A DNA stretch of 64,000 bases from Camelus ferus (taxonomy: Eukaryota), in NCBI RefSeq assembly GCF_009834535.1, contig NC_045696.1, positions 94,304,001 to 94,368,000 of the forward strand, in the 5' to 3' direction. A program made the translations under genes and the position numbers. The stretch's first letter is position 1. Every line of letters starts with the position of its first letter. Under the pieces are notes generated by a model. That model did no database searches and was not told the DNA's origin. It was given only the letters and a program-made list of their open reading frames with translations. Shown one piece after another: positions 1 through 12,718 of the stretch.

Positions 1-449
1 CTCCCACTTCATCTGGACCACTCTCCCGCCAGCCGCCCTGGCCTCCTCCAGCACCTCACCCATTCCAAGCCCTTTGCCACTGTGGGTCCTTTCCACTTGC
101 TGTTTCTTCTGCTTGGAATACTAACTTCCTGTTCCTGTTTCTTTACAGGTGGCTCCTTCATACTCCTCAGATCTCAACTTAATATCCTGTTCTCAGAAAG
201 GCCTCCCCAGATTCTCATTTTAAAATAGCTTTCCCATCCTGCCATCGCTGGTTCTGCCACAGCATGCTTCTGTTCCGTTCATGGAACGTGTCACAGTCTG
301 CTGTTTTTTTCTTGTTTGTTTGTTCCCCATCTATACTGTCGACTCCATGAGGGCAGGGACCTTGTCATTCTTGTTTTCTCTTGTATCAGATCCTAGAATG
401 CTGCCTCGCACACTAGACATATGCTACTTATTTGCTAAATGAAGAAATG
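1..449 (+). mobile_element. LINE-2 (L2) 3' end relic
   Basis: L2 3'-end motifs: 'ccacttgctgtttcttctgcttggaat', 'ctccatgagggcagggacc', 'cctagaatgctgcctcgcacac', ending 'tttgctaaatgaagaaatg'. Matched to recalled consensus. Confidence 0.8.
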
Positions 450-1069
450 CAGGGAGTGGAAACTTGTATTTCTAGAACCCCACTTTTACATCAAGCATTG
501 TACTAATTACTATCTGTTTACATAGTTATTGTGAGATAAATTCTATTTTTTTCCATCTCACTGATGAAAAAAGTGGAAACTTAGGTCTTACAATGGTACT
601 AAGTCCTTAAGGAATGCCCAGCCTAATTATATCATTAGAGAGTAAGCTCATTATGCAATGGATCTAGATTTGCTGTTCTTCTACTGTGGCATGTTGAAAT
701 TTCATATAGCACTACGACGTACTGAGAGCTTTGAGCAGGGTGGGAAAGAAGGGGGTCTTGGTGGGGAAAACAGATGAGCCAACAGATTTTGTGCTTGCTT
801 CCCATCTCTCCCTCTCCTGCCTCCACTCCCATCAAAAATGGAGTGTCTCCATGGAGCCCTTACCTTCAGACTTCTCCATATTATTTTCATAGGTGACACT
901 GATGAGATAAATACTTTCTCTGATCATTTGACCAAATGTGCTAAGAAAGCATGTCCCAAAATGTCTCAAAGTTCTCTTCCCCTCCATTCCCACTAGTCCT
1001 ATTCTAGTTCCAGTCATCTTCATCTTTCTATTGTCTTCCAGTTTTTTTGACTTGTCCTCTGTCCTTCAT

Positions 1070-1715
1070 TCCTATCACCATCCTTTCCACTCCATTCCCT
1101 GCACACAAGACGTTTTGTTCTAGAGCACAGATCTAGTCATGTTGTCTTTCTCCTCTCAGGTCATCAGTGGCTCCTCTTTGCTTATGGTGTAAGTCTGCAG
1201 TCTTCAATATATCATCTGAAGCCTTTGACAACGGAGTCCCTTGCTGTTCCAGTTCCCTTCCTGTTATATATTATGGTCTTGCTTTAAAAGACTTTTGCCT
1301 GTGGTCTGTGAGTGTCATGCCAGCTCATACCCTTGTCCCTTCTTGTGGACCCCCTGTCTCCTGGAATGCCCTCTCCCCACTTCTCTATGAAGTTCAGCTC
1401 AAAGATAACGTCCCATTTGAAGCTTTCCTGAACTCTCCTCTATTATCCCTTTTTGCAAAGAAGATAATTTTCTTCCAGCCTTACTCCCATGACAGTTCAC
1501 TTAGGCATCTGTTAGAGCTACAGTTATGATACTTTATTTTTAAAATTGTGACAAGTTTTGTCAGCAGAATAGAATTGTTTAAGTCATGGTGATAGCTACT
1601 TTTCATTACATTCTGTTCCATATCTTCACTTCGTAGACTCTGGTCCCATGGAGCACGGGGACACTACGTTATTCCTCTTCATGACCTTAGAACCCACCAC
1701 GGCACCTGGCAGGTT
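1070..1715 (+). mobile_element. Degenerate L2 fragments
   Basis: 'ctcctggaatgccctctcccc' and 'ccttagaacccaccacggcacctggca' resemble the L2 3' region. Boundaries approximate. Confidence 0.55.
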
Positions 1716-1749
1716 ATTGTATGTTACCATTTTTTTCCCTGGACTGTAG

Positions 1750-1930
1750 GAATTTTTCTAGGCACTTCACATATGCTGTTTCATTCTTACTGCAGTCCTT
1801 TGAGGTGGTCATAATGCTGCCATTATGATAAGATAAGGAAACATTGTGATAAGATAAGAAAACTGAGGTTAAAAGGAATTTTTTTTCTCAGGGTTAGGGT
1901 TTGAAGTGATGTATGTACTTGACTCCAACT
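1750..1930 (-). mobile_element. MIR SINE fragment with internal duplication
   Basis: Reverse MIR core 'gataagaaaactgaggtt' preceded by 'cagtcctttgaggtgg'. Confidence 0.6.
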
Positions 1931-4348
1931 GTGTTCTTTTTCATTGTGAAATATTTCCTTACATAAATGGATCAAATATGACATCATTTCCTCTTCAATA
2001 TGTAGAAAATATTCCCCCTATTTTGTATCCTGTGAAAGCTGTTAAAGGTGGGTGAGAATTAACTTAATACTTAGAGTGAACATGAAAGCTAGGAAAATGA
2101 GATTGGAGGAAAGGGGTTTTTTTTGGGGGGGGGGGCGGGGGATAAGATGAGTAGACTAGACTGTGAGGGACACAGCATCGGCAGAGCTCCGTGCAGGCAA
2201 GTGAATGAAGTTCTCGATTCCCTGAGATTGCTTTCTACCACCAAAGTGAAAACTTACCCCTAGTAAGATACACAGGTTAAAAATGAGAAATATCGTAGTT
2301 GACAAAGATGTAAGATATTTTTATAACTGCTTTAACATGTGGAGAGTCTTAATCTTGGTGGAGACTGTCAGAGAAGGCTGACTTCCCAGGTCTCACCTTC
2401 TGCCTGTGGCTGTTATTCATTCTCTGCAACCTCAGAACCATGCAGTATTTGGCAAATCTGACAAACAAATCACATACGTCATTACATCATTTCCCACTGA
2501 ACATCTGCAGCATTCTTATTTGGCAACAGGAAGTGCAAGAAAAGTCAGATGGGACATTGGATGAGAGGTCATAAAAACTGTCATAAATCCTCTTACATGG
2601 TGACATTGTTAGATGAAGTTACTGCAAAACACCTCCAGGTCGGTTTGGGGATTTTCAGACTTTTCAGTATTTTAAAAGGAACAATACATTTCCTTTTTGC
2701 AAGAAGGACATTTCTGACCAAAGAAGCTGCGGTGACACACTTCCCGGAGATGAGAGAATAGCACAGACACACGGTCACCAATAATCTAGGAAAAACGAAT
2801 GAGATATCGGGGCAAATGCTGTGCTCTCAACTTGAGGAACAGTCATAAAAGGGAACGGAAGGGACTTGCTTCTTTAAAGGAAGCAACTTAGTTGCAGGCA
2901 GCCTCAGACAAGTTGAAAAGACATCTGGAAAGGCTGATAATAGACCGACTTCCTGAAATGTGAGTTTGACTATGATGACTTCAGACAGGAAGCTTATGTT
3001 TCTTATTGTAACATTGGAAGAAGACATAAAATTACTAAGTAAAGCTGACTAACTGCATACAGAATTGGAATTCTCTAAAGTAGTATATTGTAAAAGTTAT
3101 AGAGGTTTAAAATTGTTATCTTCAGGAAGAGCTAATAGCTATCAAACACTTTAATCTGCTCTCCTTCATAGGGAATATATAAACATACATGTACTTGTGT
3201 CTGTTAAGTCCAAATGCTATCATCTCTCCTTCAAATTATGGTATCCTGGAGGCAATTTTAATAGAAATGACATTTCATTCCCCCAAACTAGAATTTTTGA
3301 TGTGAAAGAAGTTTTACTAATACTAAAGTTGAAAGCACTACCGAGGAGAAAAATTAATAGCCAGTAAAGAGATTAACCATGTTCTTCTAATGATGTGTTT
3401 GTTGGCCTGTGAGACCTTAAGGCAGGGCTGTAAGAGTAATCCTGGGAGTTATCAAACACATGTGCAATATTTTTTAGTTTTTATACACATATCAGTATTG
3501 TACCTCAATATAATTCAGGGAATTCTCTCAGGAGATTGGGAAGAATCCTTGAACACCATATTCCACCATGTTCTTTCTATCTCATTTCCTTCATTACCAG
3601 CAATTGCAGGGCTCTATTGATTTAAATGGCACCCCACATACTTAGAAAGAAATATTTTTCTTCTGTGTTTGAAGAAATATATATATACTTATCTATTTAT
3701 TTATTTTTTGCCTGAACTTGAATGTTATTTGGGGGCTTCATGTTGTCCATCTCTACATACATGAAATTGTAAAACAGCTTTTTTTTCAGGTTGAAAGAAT
3801 GAGTTACCCTTTATCTCCTCTTCTCAGACACCGATGTCCTGGTCTTTAACCAAAAGTTGCATGTAATCAGTAAAATAGCAATTGTTAACTATTGTTTTTC
3901 AGGAAGGGTGCTTTTCGATGAAAGCAGAGAGTACAATGTCCATCTAAATATGACTGTAGAGGCATCCTTTTGAATCTTACAAAGTTCACACATCAATTTC
4001 TTAACAGCTCCACTTGTTACATAAAAAAATAAACCTTCAATTTTCGATCACATGCAGATATTATATGTCTGTTCTCTATCTAATGTCCCATTCGTACTTC
4101 ATGTCCAGCCAAGCAGATATCTCACTCTTCACCTGACAGGCTCTACTTTCTGGTGTATGTTGGCCCACACTGCTTCCTCTCCCTGCAGTGAGCTTTCTCG
4201 TCTCTCTACTTCTCAAAGCCCTTCCCATCTTTCCAGGACTGACCAGCTCAAGTGCCACTGTCTACTTTAAGACATAATCCATCACTGTTGCAGTAATGAG
4301 TCCTTGGCTCCTTCAGTTGAACTCTATTATTTAGTACATTGAGTTCAG

Positions 4349-4419
4349 AAAATACTGATTCCTATTCCATGTCCCATGGGGGCTGGGAATCAAAATACTG
4401 ATTCCTATTCCATGTCCCA
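4349..4419. repeat. 28-bp direct duplication with 15-bp spacer
   Basis: 'aaaatactgattcctattccatgtccca' occurs identically at 4349-4376 and 4392-4419. Confidence 0.95.
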
Positions 4420-5266
4420 AGAACACCTACTGTCCAAAATTAGAGAAAACATGGCATGTACAACATAACCGTAATACAGTGCAGATTTGTATTTAATATC
4501 TGTTCTGCTGATTAAAGCAGAATGATTTGAAGTTGCAGACACACATGTGCATGGATGTACATATAAGGTTGACCTAATAGTGGGCCTGGAGTGATTAAAT
4601 AGGAACTGAATGGCATTGCATGGGAAATTTCATAGCATTGACCCCTTTGTCCGGTTGGGGATTGATTCATTTTTGTTTAGCTCTCAAGTGATTCTTGGTT
4701 CAAATGTTTATGGCATGTCCTTTATTACTACAGAAAGGAACAAATGTTTGTCATGAAATGACTTAATGCAGAAGCTTATAATGTCAGAGGTGAAAGTTAT
4801 TACCACTCTGACTGTTCAGGGGTAACCATGTAAACAGTTTGTATATCCCTCTGGGCTTTTCACTATTCATAATTTGTGTGTATATACACAAAACAAAATT
4901 TCTACATGTGTAAAACAAAGTATATGCATACAAGTATTTCAAAGTAGCTGAGCTAGGATTTGAATGTAGGCCATCTGGTCCCAAAGTCTATGCTCTTAAT
5001 AACAAACATAGGCTGTTTCTCTTACATAGTTGTCTTGAAATTTTCTCCTTAGTGTTTAGGTAGTTCTCATTCACAAGTTTTAGTTTGATCATTCCACAAA
5101 TGCTTTGGTACTCTAAGTAAAATTCTGAGATGCATTATCCAAAAAAACAATTTGTGTTCTAGAGAAATTCAGCTTGTCTTTTCTTGAGTTATACTCTACC
5201 TTTATGTAAAAAATAAATCTCTCTACAAGGAGATAAGTCTAGACCTTTCCCATGTCCCCTCTCCAA

Positions 5267-5271
5267 ACATA

Positions 5272-5309
<38 letters not shown>

Positions 5310-5328
5310 TGCATGCACATACACACAC
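5267..5328. repeat. (CA)n microsatellite, imperfect flanks
   Basis: Directly visible AC dinucleotide run. Confidence 0.95.
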
Positions 5329-6019
5329 TGCTGCCACCTGAATCTCACAACCCTGATGCTGGAATCACAAGCAGCATTCAGCATACTTTCCACTTCTGAG
5401 TCCCTTTTCCATTCTAACTCCAGGCATTGAATCAAGAGATTTGGGCTTGGTTCCTCTCTGATTCCTTCAAGTACAGAAACACACTATTGGCGAATTCCTT
5501 ACCCTTCAAAGAGGGCAGAAGGCAGCAGAGCCCAGCAGAGACGGCTTCTGTTGAAATTCAGAACCTCCCCCAAGGTGGGCCTTGCTTTATAGGATGCTCA
5601 GTACCCTTAAATCGTAATGGATCCACGACCCATGGTTAGAAGGTTGTACTGTCAAGTACATTTTGGGTGTCTATAAACTAACCCAAGTACTTTACAACTA
5701 CTGAAAACACAATTTCTTCAGTAAATTGAAGGCATGCTTGTTTGGAACTTGAAACACACAAAGCTTTAGAAACAGCCTATGTCTGGAAAACCTATAAAGC
5801 ATAGGTACAAGTTATACACCCAACTTGATTGTACAAAGATTTTCATAGTCAAAGGAATGCAATGGAACTTTGAGTTTTGTTTTCAAATAGCAGAAATGGT
5901 ATTTGTGTAAGTTCTTGAAAACCGACTTTGAGAAGGAACTGAAGAGAAGGGCTTTGCAGTGGAATGGTTACAGGATACCAAATGACTGGGCTAGTAAAGT
6001 AATGAAAATTACTATTTCT

Positions 6020-6157
6020 TAGGCATTTAACCTCACACCTCAGTTTCTCCATCTGTTAAAATGGAAATAATGATAGTGCTTACCTCATTGGGTTGTCACA
6101 TGAATGAAAGAGTTGATGTACATGAACTACTTAGGGTGCCAGGCACATGCTAAGTAT
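6020..6157 (+). mobile_element. MIR SINE
   Basis: MIR core 'cctcagtttctccatctgttaaaatggaaataatgatagtgcttacctcattgggttgt' and tail 'gtgccaggcacat'. Confidence 0.85.
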
Positions 6158-6379
6158 GTTTGTGTCCGTCATCGTTAGCACCGATTGATCATCCACAAAC
6201 CCTTACTACAGACAAGCAGACGATACAGGAGATTCCTTCAGGTGCCAGAGGATGATCAGGCTATCCCCAGGAAGTGCATGAGGCTTCTGTGTCCAAACAA
6301 CCAAGCAATCTTTTAAACCTCCTTTTTTAAGGGCAAAAATGAAATTGCAAAAAAACAAAATAAAAAAACTGTCACTCTT

Positions 6380-6557
6380 GACTGCTACTGAGAATGGGGT
6401 TTCTTTTTGAGGATGAAGAAAATTTTCTAAAATTACATTGTAATGATGGTTGCACAGCTCGGGATGTATACTAAAACCACTGAACTGACACTTTGGGTGA
6501 GTTATATAGTATATGAATTATATCTTAAGAAAATTCTTTTTTTAAAAAAAAAAAAAA
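6380..6557 (+). mobile_element. 5'-truncated L1MB-type 3' end with poly(A)
   Basis: 'ggggtttctttttgaggatgaagaaaattttctaaaatt...gatggttgcacag...atactaaaaccactgaa', then an A-run. Probable TSD ctgtcactctt (6369-6379) / ctgacactctt (6560-6570). Confidence 0.8.
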
Positions 6558-8199
6558 GTCTGACACTCTTTTAAAAAGTTCTTTCCAGGCGTTAATGGGA
6601 ATTTGCCCTGTCTGAAAAGGCAAATGAGGATGACACTGCCAAAGGCTTTTCAAAGATAATTATTTGTGAAAACATGCCTACAAACTTATAAGTTCTGGTG
6701 ATAAAATCTGGGACCGGGTTTCTGAATTTAACAGTTTGTAGCTGAGTAACTTTAGTACTGGACACTTTTCAGATTTCACTAAGAAGTTCTCACCTTTGTG
6801 TTTCTATTGCTAATAGTGTTTGTTTTATCCAAGTGCTGAGTTTCATTGAAACTCTAGTCAGTAGTCCCATCACTCATATTCTGAAGGAATAAAGCAGTAA
6901 AATTGGATTCAGATCAATACACCCTTCATCAGGAAGCTCTGCCACACTTCTTAAGTAAGGAACTCATACTACATCTTAAAGGCTCACCAAGGGTGTCCCT
7001 TCGACACACAGTCAGTCATGGAAATCAAACAATGGAGATGAGATGTTTCAAATCTACTGTTAGCTTCTGTCTGAAGATCAAATTCCTCCTTAGTGGCTGC
7101 CGTGGAACTCCAATCTTATTATCCTACACATTTAACTGGTAACTATTCGGGCCAGTATAAGCCGACTGAAGGACCTAGGACCTTATGAAATCCCTTCCAC
7201 ACTCACTTGTCAGGAACTGGGATCTCAGTGGATGGAGACTGTAACTGCCTTGCGAGGGGAGATACCATGTGGGTTCTGTCGTCCGCTTTGTGAGATGGAT
7301 CTCCAGAAATGCCAGGCATAGCCTTCTGATAGTAAAACTTGTAGAAAAGTACACTTCAAACTATGTGAGAATTTCCTGTTTTTAATCTTTACTTGTGTTG
7401 TTAGTAGTTGTTCAGTTTTCAAGATTTATCAAAACATACTTCCTCTGAAAACATCTATCTGTACATTACAGATAATGGGGCTTAACAAAAATAGTGAGAG
7501 TCTAGTAGTGGCCCATTCAATTTGGTGAACAATTTCAGAACAGCTCAAGTCATAGGTAATTAGGAACAGGTTTGGGGATGACTATAAATCAAAATGACTG
7601 TGTAAATAATGTAAGCCAGACTCTCTGAATCAACCCAGTTGTCTGATTTCCCCCATTCGGAGCACAACCCCAAATGAACTGAACAGTTTTAGTTTGGACT
7701 TTACCAACTTTCCTGCTCAGATCCTGCTCTTTGATTTCTCATCTGTAAGAGATGGAGGGCTCTGCCAGCTGAGGGAGTCTATGCGTCTGTGTCCCTCAGT
7801 AGGAGTAGAAAATCAAGGCTCCTCTGGGGATTTTGGGTTGCTCACTTGGTTGTTACCCATTCAATCGTGGCTGCTGGGATTATGATGTATGTTACTGTTT
7901 CTAAACAAGCCTGCTTATGACTGTAATATAGCCACTGTGGTGGGGGATAAAGAAATGACTTTCCAGGCTCATTCCACGGAAGATGGCAACTTTTTAATCA
8001 ATTACTTTTTTCTAAAATCAAAATTTAATTTACATTATTATGGCTTTAGAAATATTATCCACAGCTGAACCGTATATCAGATTACCATGGTAATTCTTCT
8101 GTTGTGTCCAATTTTTTGTTTTCCCTGAAGTGAATAATTGCCACTGGTTTTGGTTGGTTGCTTAGCTCTCGACTTAGCTGACACTCAGATCTTAATTTT

Positions 8200-9095
8200 C
8201 TGTTACTATTGAAAATCTATTTCTAGACAATTCAGCATCAGGTAATCACTTGTGTTCTCTCTCATTCTAGAGTTGTCTGTTCCTCTGCTCCAGCATGGAC
8301 TGATTGATCTGTAGACCTGCTATACTACTGTCACCTAGAAAGCTCTTTATGCCATCATGCTGGAAATTCCTCCATCTCTCTCTTCTGTCAGATCTGGTTT
8401 TGAGTCTCATGTCTTTCTCTTACTTTACTCTTGCATTTTGATAAATCCTCTCTAGCTTCTTTCTAAAAAGGAAAATAAATTTGAGACAGTACGTCTGGGA
8501 GTGCCTTAATTCTACCCTTAATTTGATCTTTTGCCTAGATCTAGAATTCTATATTGGAAATGTTTCCTTCAGAATTTTGAAAACCTTGTTGTATTTTCTT
8601 CTAACTTCCAGATTTGCCATTTAGAAATCTGGTGCTGTTCTTATACTTAAAATATATATGATCTGTCTCTTTTTTTAAGCCCTTCTGTAGAAGCTCCTAG
8701 GGTCTTTCCATTATCCCTAGTGCTTAGAAATGTTATAGTAAAGTGCCTTTTAAAGCTTGTTAAAGTGCCCTTTAAAATTTGTTGTCTCCTTTTAAATTGG
8801 AAATTCACTTCCTTTGGGAAGGGAATGCAGGGAGAGGTCTGTGATATGAATTAACTTGCTTCCTATTGGTTTCATTTTCTGTTTTTGGCTACACTAAGGC
8901 AGCTACTACTTCTGCATCAGGTTTTCTGCTTCAGAACTTTTGTTCCCACTTCTCACCTGTTGTAATCTTATCTCCCATTCTCTTTGACCTTGGATATTTG
9001 TCTTTTTTTAAGAATCCCTTAACTGCCAATTAAATAGTTTTGGGGGAGAGTAGAAATAAATGCAGGTGTTCAAACTACTATGTTTAACTGGAAGC
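8200..9095 (-). mobile_element. Old L1 ORF1-region / HAL1-like relic
   Basis: 'tagaattctatattggaaatgtttccttcagaattttgaaaaccttgttgtattttcttctaacttcca' resembles antisense HAL1/L1M ORF1 sequence. Confidence 0.6.
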
Positions 9096-11240
9096 CTCGA
9101 ATTTATATTTAATTATATTAAATGTAATCTAGATGAGTCTGGCTGTCAGTGTAATTTGCCAAGATCTTACAGATGCTGGTACTGTCATGCATCACACTGT
9201 GTATCACCAAGCTTTGTTAACATCTGCTGTGTGTCTTTTGGGGGAGTTTAGGATGAACATAGCTAGTCGATAAATTTTCTAAGGTTTTCAGCACAAGATA
9301 CTCAGCCGTGCTCCCCTCATAGGAATTGGTCTGCTCTGAGTGAAAATGCCACCTAATTGTATGTGCCACCTGTTGTTCTTGAGCTGTGACCAGAGCTTCT
9401 TAGAAGTTTGTCGGGATATTTGAAGCAAATACCCCACCCCCCAATATGTCTGTCTCTCTAACACACATACAGCGTAGTTACTCATCAATCTATAACCAAA
9501 GGCATCTATAACTTCTGGATTTTGAACAGTGTAGTTTGGGACTATGACCTTAACTGGCATGGTTAATCAGAGCACGAGTGGCTGATAACTTTTTAATAGT
9601 GTATCACTGATTCTTGCTTTTTAGACCTTTCCACAAATACTTGCTGATATCCTCTACTTAACAGGGATTGAAGGTGACCCATAAGGCGCACACTCACAGT
9701 TCTTACGTGTACCTTATGTTTTACAGGGAAGGGACCTAATTTGGTGGAAGATGGTAAAATATTCTCGAAAGAATAGAAACTTCCTCACAAGTGAAAGAAA
9801 GGCAAAATTGAAGCAAAATAAGTAAAATTCTGATTGTGATATCAGATTCTATTTTATTCAGCTATCTAAAATGAAATTATATAAAATCTGAGATACAACT
9901 TAACATCTCTAGAAGTTTTGTGTTTGCAGCTTTGAAGGTAAAAATATTTGTTTACTTAAACTAGTTTCCTTACCATAGTTTGTGACTTATCCCAAATCTC
10001 TCCTGTTTTAAGGTTGACATTTATGAGTTCTTTTGATTGTTATTGAAATCATTATTGTACATATATACCGTTTCTTTCTATTAGGTGAAACTAATGGTTC
10101 ACAGAAAGTCATAATATCTAAAAATTGAATATCACAAGTAGTCACACTTGTCTTTCACTTTCAAGTTACAAAGGCATATTCCCAGTTAAATTAGGTATCA
10201 AAAGACATTGATTCTCCTTTTTTGAATGATCTACCCCTAAGAGGAAAAGAACTTGAACCCCATCCAGGCTAGTTTTGTTCTTAAATAGCCAGTATGTGTC
10301 TTTCATTTAAGAATTCAGATTATTAAAAATCGTAAGTTGGTTAATTTGGATAACAAAAATGTTGGACAATTTTTCAGAAAAATTTACAACAGTCTTGACT
10401 TGTAAGTGGGAACTGAAGGGAAAAAAAGAATATTTTACATCAATTCAAGCCCTAAATATCAATTAATTCAATTACAATAGTGTATAGTACTCCTTTCGAC
10501 TTCTTGGTTCTGATAAGTCTGTTTCTGAAATAAGAGTCCTGGAAGTCCCAGGAGATGGGCACACCCACCAGCCAGCTGCCACACTGTCAGTCCTCAGGAA
10601 AGCAGCTTGCCCTGCTGATAATTAGCAGTTTCTCTGAGCAGGCACTCTGCTTCGTATCGTTAGCTCACCAATTCTCTTGGACTTAAACAGAGAGGACCTG
10701 ACTCCGTATGATAGCAGATCAGAAACAGACACTGGTGTACCTCATGTACAGCACAGGGAAAATGAATGAGTCTCACCACAGCCCTTGACTGCTCACTAAA
10801 GATCGGGATATAGCCATCACTGCTATCATTGTAGGGGTTCTCCTCCCCATTTCTTATAATAGTAGTTTATCAAAGGAAGAGAGAAATACTGTACTTTTTA
10901 CCTAAGCTCATGAGAAGCGTTAGGTCCTTAGACATATGGAGGTGTTATTAAAAGAAAATGATTCTAATTGTGTAGCAACCTGAAATTACATATGACAATT
11001 AGGCCATGGTCATTCAAGTGTGATTCATTATTTCACTAGTGCTTCTTTGTGCAACATTTTTTTCCTGTTATAGTGGGGGCTCTTCTAGTAGTGGCTGGGG
11101 AGATGGGGGAAAAGAAATCCTTGATGATTTTTCTTCGGTGAAACAATTTCATACACAAGACTTTACAGCAAAAGCTTAAAATGAGTTCTAGCAATACTAG
11201 ACTAGGCTAATCAGTACAAAACTATTATGCAGCATGTGCA

Positions 11241-11295
11241 ATTAAATATTAAAATATTGAAATTAAAATATTAAAATTAAAATATTAAAATATTA
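11241..11295. repeat. AT-rich low-complexity tandem repeat (ATTAAAAT-like)
   Basis: Visible reiteration of attaaaat/attaaa units. Confidence 0.85.
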
Positions 11296-12664
11296 CCAGC
11301 ACCATAGCAAATAACAGCAGACATGCCCGTTTATACTAAAAACACCGTGACTATATACTTAACAGTAAATACTTACTTTAACAGAAATATATTGTAAATA
11401 TAGAGGTGTTAAAGAATTCTTCCCTCCAAAATGCTGTGCTACAATAGCTGGGTTATGTGGGAAGGGCACAAATGTCACATATCCAAAAATAGTCCAATAA
11501 GTTGACTCTGTACTTTGAAATGCCCAGAGGCAGTGGATAGATGGTTTTGATTTATAGGGACTTGAGATAATAATTCTGTCTTGGGAGAATAAGAGAAGGG
11601 TAAAAACAAAACAAAACAACAAAAAAACAGGACTGTTGTCTGAGGGAGAAGAACATAAACTATTTGCAATTACATCAAACTAAAGTGGACATAGGACTGA
11701 GCTTAACCTCGGAAGGGGATGGTGATGGATGGAGAGCTCGATGGACACTCACAACTGTTGAGTTCCTGCCTCCTCTCCCTTTGGGTGCAGTGTGTTCACT
11801 AGTGCATTTGGGGGACGCCTGCACTGACCGCGGGAAATCTGACTGTGGTGGTATCTCTGAGGTGGCTCTCGTGCTTATTGAAATTTCCTACGCAAAATTT
11901 GCTTCCAGGAACAGAGGAGCTTATGCAGAAGGTTCAGTGGCATTTTGTGTAGTTGGAAAAACATTTTGAAACATCCTTTTCTCCCCCTTTGATGTCATCA
12001 TACCTATATTTCTCAAAAGTTCTTAGCTTAAAAGTAGCAGAAAAAGGAGCATTTCTGTTCCATGAAACTCCTATTTGGGTAATTCTTGAGAGAGTCCATA
12101 TTTCTTGTGTAGATACCTCTTCCTTCTTGAACTTTTCTAAGCAGATACGAAAACTGAAATATGAATGTTTATAAAGGCAAAGGAAATTAACTTTTTTAGC
12201 ATCTGCAATAGAATTACCACCAGAGTCACCAAATTACGTGTTTAGTTCTTTGGAGATACTTGATCATTTGAACACTGCACTTAATCTCAAAGTCATAAGC
12301 TCTGGTGTTGGGACATAAAGTGAAAAGGTAAGAAGTGGTGACCTGTAAAATACAGCATGTAGAGTGTCGGTTTGTGATGCAGGTAAGAGATGCAGGTAAG
12401 AGAGTGCCTCTTCTGTACGGAATGGTGCTAGAGAATCTGGGTTGGATAAAGGGACCATCAGCTTGGGTGTGATGCCAGCACCAAGGAGGCCAGTCACCCC
12501 TATGTGGCCATGTGATGGGGATTTGAGTTGACTTTCCTTGGGGAAGGATGCTGACTCTCAGAGCACCTGCCAACTAGCTAACCAATTGATGCTTTTTCTC
12601 TGTAATGAGAAACTGCAATAAAATAATTATGTAACTGAAGCATTTATAATTCAGTTTTTTTACC

Positions 12665-12718
12665 TTTTTTTTATTGAGTTATAGTCATTTTACAATGTTG
12701 TGTCAAATTCCAGTGCAG
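12665..12718 (-). mobile_element. Extreme 3' tail (~55 bp) of a lineage-specific, camelid-type L1
   Basis: T-run followed by 'attgagttatagtcattttacaatgttgtgtcaaattccagtg', the antisense L1 terminus. Confidence 0.65.

Noticed and set aside
3903..3973. Possible terminal coding exon (RVLFDESREYNVHLNMTVEASF*)
   Set aside because: Acceptor is plausible, but I found no supported upstream exons and do not recognise the peptide.
4349..4419. CRISPR-like repeat-spacer-repeat
   Set aside because: Only two units with a 15-nt spacer, in mammalian DNA with no cas genes. Better explained as a local duplication.
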